From IMG/VR virus record IMGVR_UViG_3300037756_000059, positions 1 to 52,795 of that record: 52,795 nt of DNA; one strand, written 5' to 3'. Shown one piece after another: positions 51,401 to 52,795 of the stretch. Numbering within the stretch: the first letter of the stretch is position 1; each line of letters begins with the position of its first letter. The position numbers were made by a program, and so were the translations under genes. The DNA comes from a virus. Taxonomy: Duplodnaviria > Caudoviricetes. The notes beneath the pieces were generated by a model. That model did no database searches and was not told the DNA's origin. It saw nothing but the letters and a program-made list of their open reading frames with translations.

Positions 51401-52795
51401 GACCTGCTGCAGGATGGCCAGCGCCTGGTCGGACGTGAAGCCGTGCTTGATGGCCACGGCCTCCACGCTCAGGTCCGCGATCTGGTGCGCGGTGATGCGG
51501 CGCTCGGCGTCGTTCCGCGTCGAGGCCGCCTTGTTCAGCAGCTCGCGGCGCATCGTCTCGAAGTCGTCGAACCCCTTGTTGCCGGCGAACGCGTTCAGCG
51601 TGTCGGCGTCGCCGACGGCTCGGGCCATCTCGTCGAGGACGCGTGGCGCCTGAGTCTGCAGCGACTGGTGACCGGACAGGTCGATGGCCGAAGCGCGCTT
51701 GGCCCAAGGCGTCCTGGGGACGTGGACAACCGTCGCAGCCACGCCGGCCGCGTTGGACGGCCGCATGGTGCGAGAGGTTATCTTGTTGTAGGTCGACCTC
51801 TTCGGCTTGAACTGGCCGAGGCGCAGCAGGTCCACGTCGGCCCCGTCGAGCGTGGCGTTCATGAACCGGTTGTAGGAGTCGTAGGTGCGAAGCTGCATGT
51901 CGAGCATCTCGCCCTTGTCCGCCATCTCCGTGGCGGTCTCCCGGTGCGCGCGCACGCGCGCCCAACGGTCGGCCGCAGCGATGACGCTCCCCTGCCGCAT
52001 CTCTGCGGTGGCCAGCTGCGACTCGATGTCCTCCTTGAGGCGCAGCGCGTGCAGGTCGGCGGACAGCAGTTGCGACTGCTGGGACGTGGAGTAGTACAGG
52101 GCGTCCTGCAGCTCCTTGCGCTCCATCAGCTTGGCCCGTGCGGCGCCGTTGCCCATCATCGTGGCGACGCCGTCCTCGAACAGCGCGTCGTCGTAGGCGA
52201 ACGTGCCGTCCGGCTTGCGCTTGAACGTAGACGTGGAGGTGGCCTTGTCCCAGTCGATGGGGCGGGCGATCGAGACCTCGCGGAACAGGTCGGCCGCGAG
52301 CAGGTCGTCCTTGAGCGCCGGCACTTCGTCGGCCAGGCGCACGGCGTCCCAGTGCTCCGGGTCCTGCCGCACCTTGTCGCGCAGCTCGTACATGTTGTTG
52401 CGCAGCGCCACGGCCCGCTGACCGATGGGGTCAAGCGGGGAGATCCGGGAACGGGCCTGGTCCCACTGGGCAGACGGCGTGGACACGATGTGCTGGATCC
52501 GGCGGCGAGCGCCGGCCGGCATCTTGTTCCAGTCCGCTCGGAGCACGGCGGTGGACGCGCCCACGGCGCGGCCGGCGATCACGAGGGGGTCGAGGTACCA
52601 GCGGATCACGAAGTCCGTGGCGCCAGACACCGAGTTGTACATCCATGACGAGTCTCGCAGTTCGCGGTAGCCCTGGTTCACGGGGTTCCCGAACTCGTCG
52701 AAGCCGTCGGCGTACCACTCGTCAGCCTCGCCAGGCTCGGCCAGCGCGAGGTCCGCGACGGCCTGGCCGGGCGTGACGTTCTCGGCGCGGTCCCA
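48410..52795 (-). CDS. C-terminal part of the ~1718 aa putative internal virion/ejection protein (start at 2577 via the circular junction)
   Basis: 1423 aa ORF whose frame stays open past 52681; large helical protein in the morphogenesis arm. Confidence 0.8.
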   Translation of the reverse strand, partial: WDRAENVTPGQAVADLALAEPGEADEWYADGFDEFGNPVNQGYRELRDSSWMYNSVSGATDFVIRWYLDPLVIAGRAVGASTAVLRADWNKMPAGARRRIQHIVSTPSAQWDQARSRISPLDPIGQRAVALRNNMYELRDKVRQDPEHWDAVRLADEVPALKDDLLAADLFREVSIARPIDWDKATSTSTFKRKPDGTFAYDDALFEDGVATMMGNGAARAKLMERKELQDALYYSTSQQSQLLSADLHALRLKEDIESQLATAEMRQGSVIAAADRWARVRAHRETATEMADKGEMLDMQLRTYDSYNRFMNATLDGADVDLLRLGQFKPKRSTYNKITSRTMRPSNAAGVAATVVHVPRTPWAKRASAIDLSGHQSLQTQAPRVLDEMARAVGDADTLNAFAGNKGFDDFETMRRELLNKAASTRNDAERRITAHQIADLSVEAVAIKHGFTSDQALAILQQVKGRQGEFFADMRKRALNAKEAGVDVDDFRRYTYAEGNGVYHVDMPVSLTQLENWVVPVGAKDMDRFLTIYGDAMKNSFKAKWAKTKAITTDMLDVFNTFWKVGVLFRFGYPIRNVSEESLRILGTTGAFTNLLVDMPRALGTSLVNHGVKRPVNFAMRHSPKGARWAGQRWEYTTQQGQSAGSVWVGGHEFRNSFAPGAGDIWLNINSSRDSVDRFAGLLNDTVNGLRRTQMRTRKTLEGEAGHADAWAHVINNQVRYDDIFQKMLHGETDDQIVHWLKTDAAGVEARRRNPVRGDDPDKWIEEYRAQLDELLPDDVGDLRIRVANNEEIGIDELQSVIDDTGRYSPVSIDESALQLVTGKGAFADWVYGIIDKGYNALATVPTDVLARNPFFDRQYRHMLQNMVDDLPEGTVLSQRQLRSFEAGARSFALKQVKRYLFNTVDNDTDLIRYMRFMSPFMGAWKETMKAWSRVMVENPEAFVRLYINGWESMGDLFFLTETDMDGRTEEDPLHGELDRLQVAVPKGMLNALSYTIPGDTGKEFRNVIDDLDTDQDGAVRMDVNKQTLNTTLQGDPFWLPAGGALVQLSAKQLIGDMPELADENKATEFLYKYLFPIGAPSSNWEAVAPTLVRRIIRFGQGNKDPVFSNTASLLYKAEWVQWDRDGRVGPPPDKAEAVEKAKAIQASYIVGAVGSPFSFELNSDMQFFVDKAHQYQDEFGFDEGYTRFIEDFGEDVYYFWYTNSKNNVGVPPTSEGWQMTKKHKDLIGQYPNIGLAIVGMNTQDSPFNYNVYDKQAHTETYPGSGVLMRERQSPEEAAAYAQEQEGWKEWRQLNVAIDAELVARGSTEMVNGEEVPTGLGRQENQDLQYIKQQFKMQLRQKYKAWGAAYDQIDRGKSYEVIDEFRGVLRSGEMLGRIEWEGVAAYMELHDAVAAELDARSAAGGSSNIEVAGNEDLLHIFNANVAAIVQDNLAFADVYHRFLERHALTNGSNGQRLGA
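50990..52795. repeat. Terminal redundancy, copy 2 (matches 1-1806)
   Basis: Direct sequence match to the window start. Confidence 0.97.

Larger units (their letters stand above)
1..52795. mobile_element. Complete actinobacteriophage genome (podovirus-like), circularly assembled, unit length about 50,989 bp
   Basis: Terminase, portal, scaffold, capsid, tail, lysis and replication modules are all present; WhiB gene; window ends overlap by 1806 bp. Confidence 0.95.

Noticed and set aside
48362-52648. 1428-aa plus-strand ORF (and similar long ORFs at 262-1659, 2414-4408, 5089-7059, 40589-42334, 46255-48528)
   Set aside because: Antisense shadows of real genes, expected in high-GC DNA; no recognisable motifs
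1-52795. Integrase, repressor, ParAB/Rep, DNA or RNA polymerase, reverse transcriptase/DGR
   Set aside because: No ORF with the diagnostic motifs was recognised by eye; a divergent member among the hypotheticals cannot be excluded

Overview
A complete, circularly assembled, GC-rich bacteriophage genome of about 50,989 bp. Bases 1-1806 are repeated at 50990-52795. A WhiB-family gene points to an actinobacterial host. The virion is probably podovirus-like: no tape measure protein, large putative ejection proteins, and adaptor/nozzle-type tail genes. Two arms diverge from a ~1 kb non-coding region (9640-10660) and meet at a bidirectional terminator (31634-31676). The leftward arm reads: DUF2637/Spd-like membrane protein, TraB/FtsK-like translocase fused to a GIY-YIG-like domain, terminase, portal, ejection proteins, scaffold, major capsid, tail/fibre genes, lysis. 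The rightward arm has many small early genes separated by a family of ~58-62 nt hairpins (three identical), a tRNA/tmRNA-like RNA, WhiB, a C5 methyltransferase, a Cas4-like nuclease, an SSB candidate, a stand-alone DnaE-type OB-fold protein, helicase, resolvase, split primase, exonuclease, a sigma-like factor and dNMP kinase. I recognised no DNA polymerase, RNA polymerase or integrase. The strongest novelty candidates are (1) an actinomycete plasmid-type conjugation module at the head of the packaging operon, (2) the structure-conserved hairpin/cassette system of the early region, (3) a 71-nt tRNA-like RNA with a G3-U70 pair, and (4) a structured leader in front of scaffold/capsid. All protein calls rest on motifs read by eye and gene context; no searches were run.
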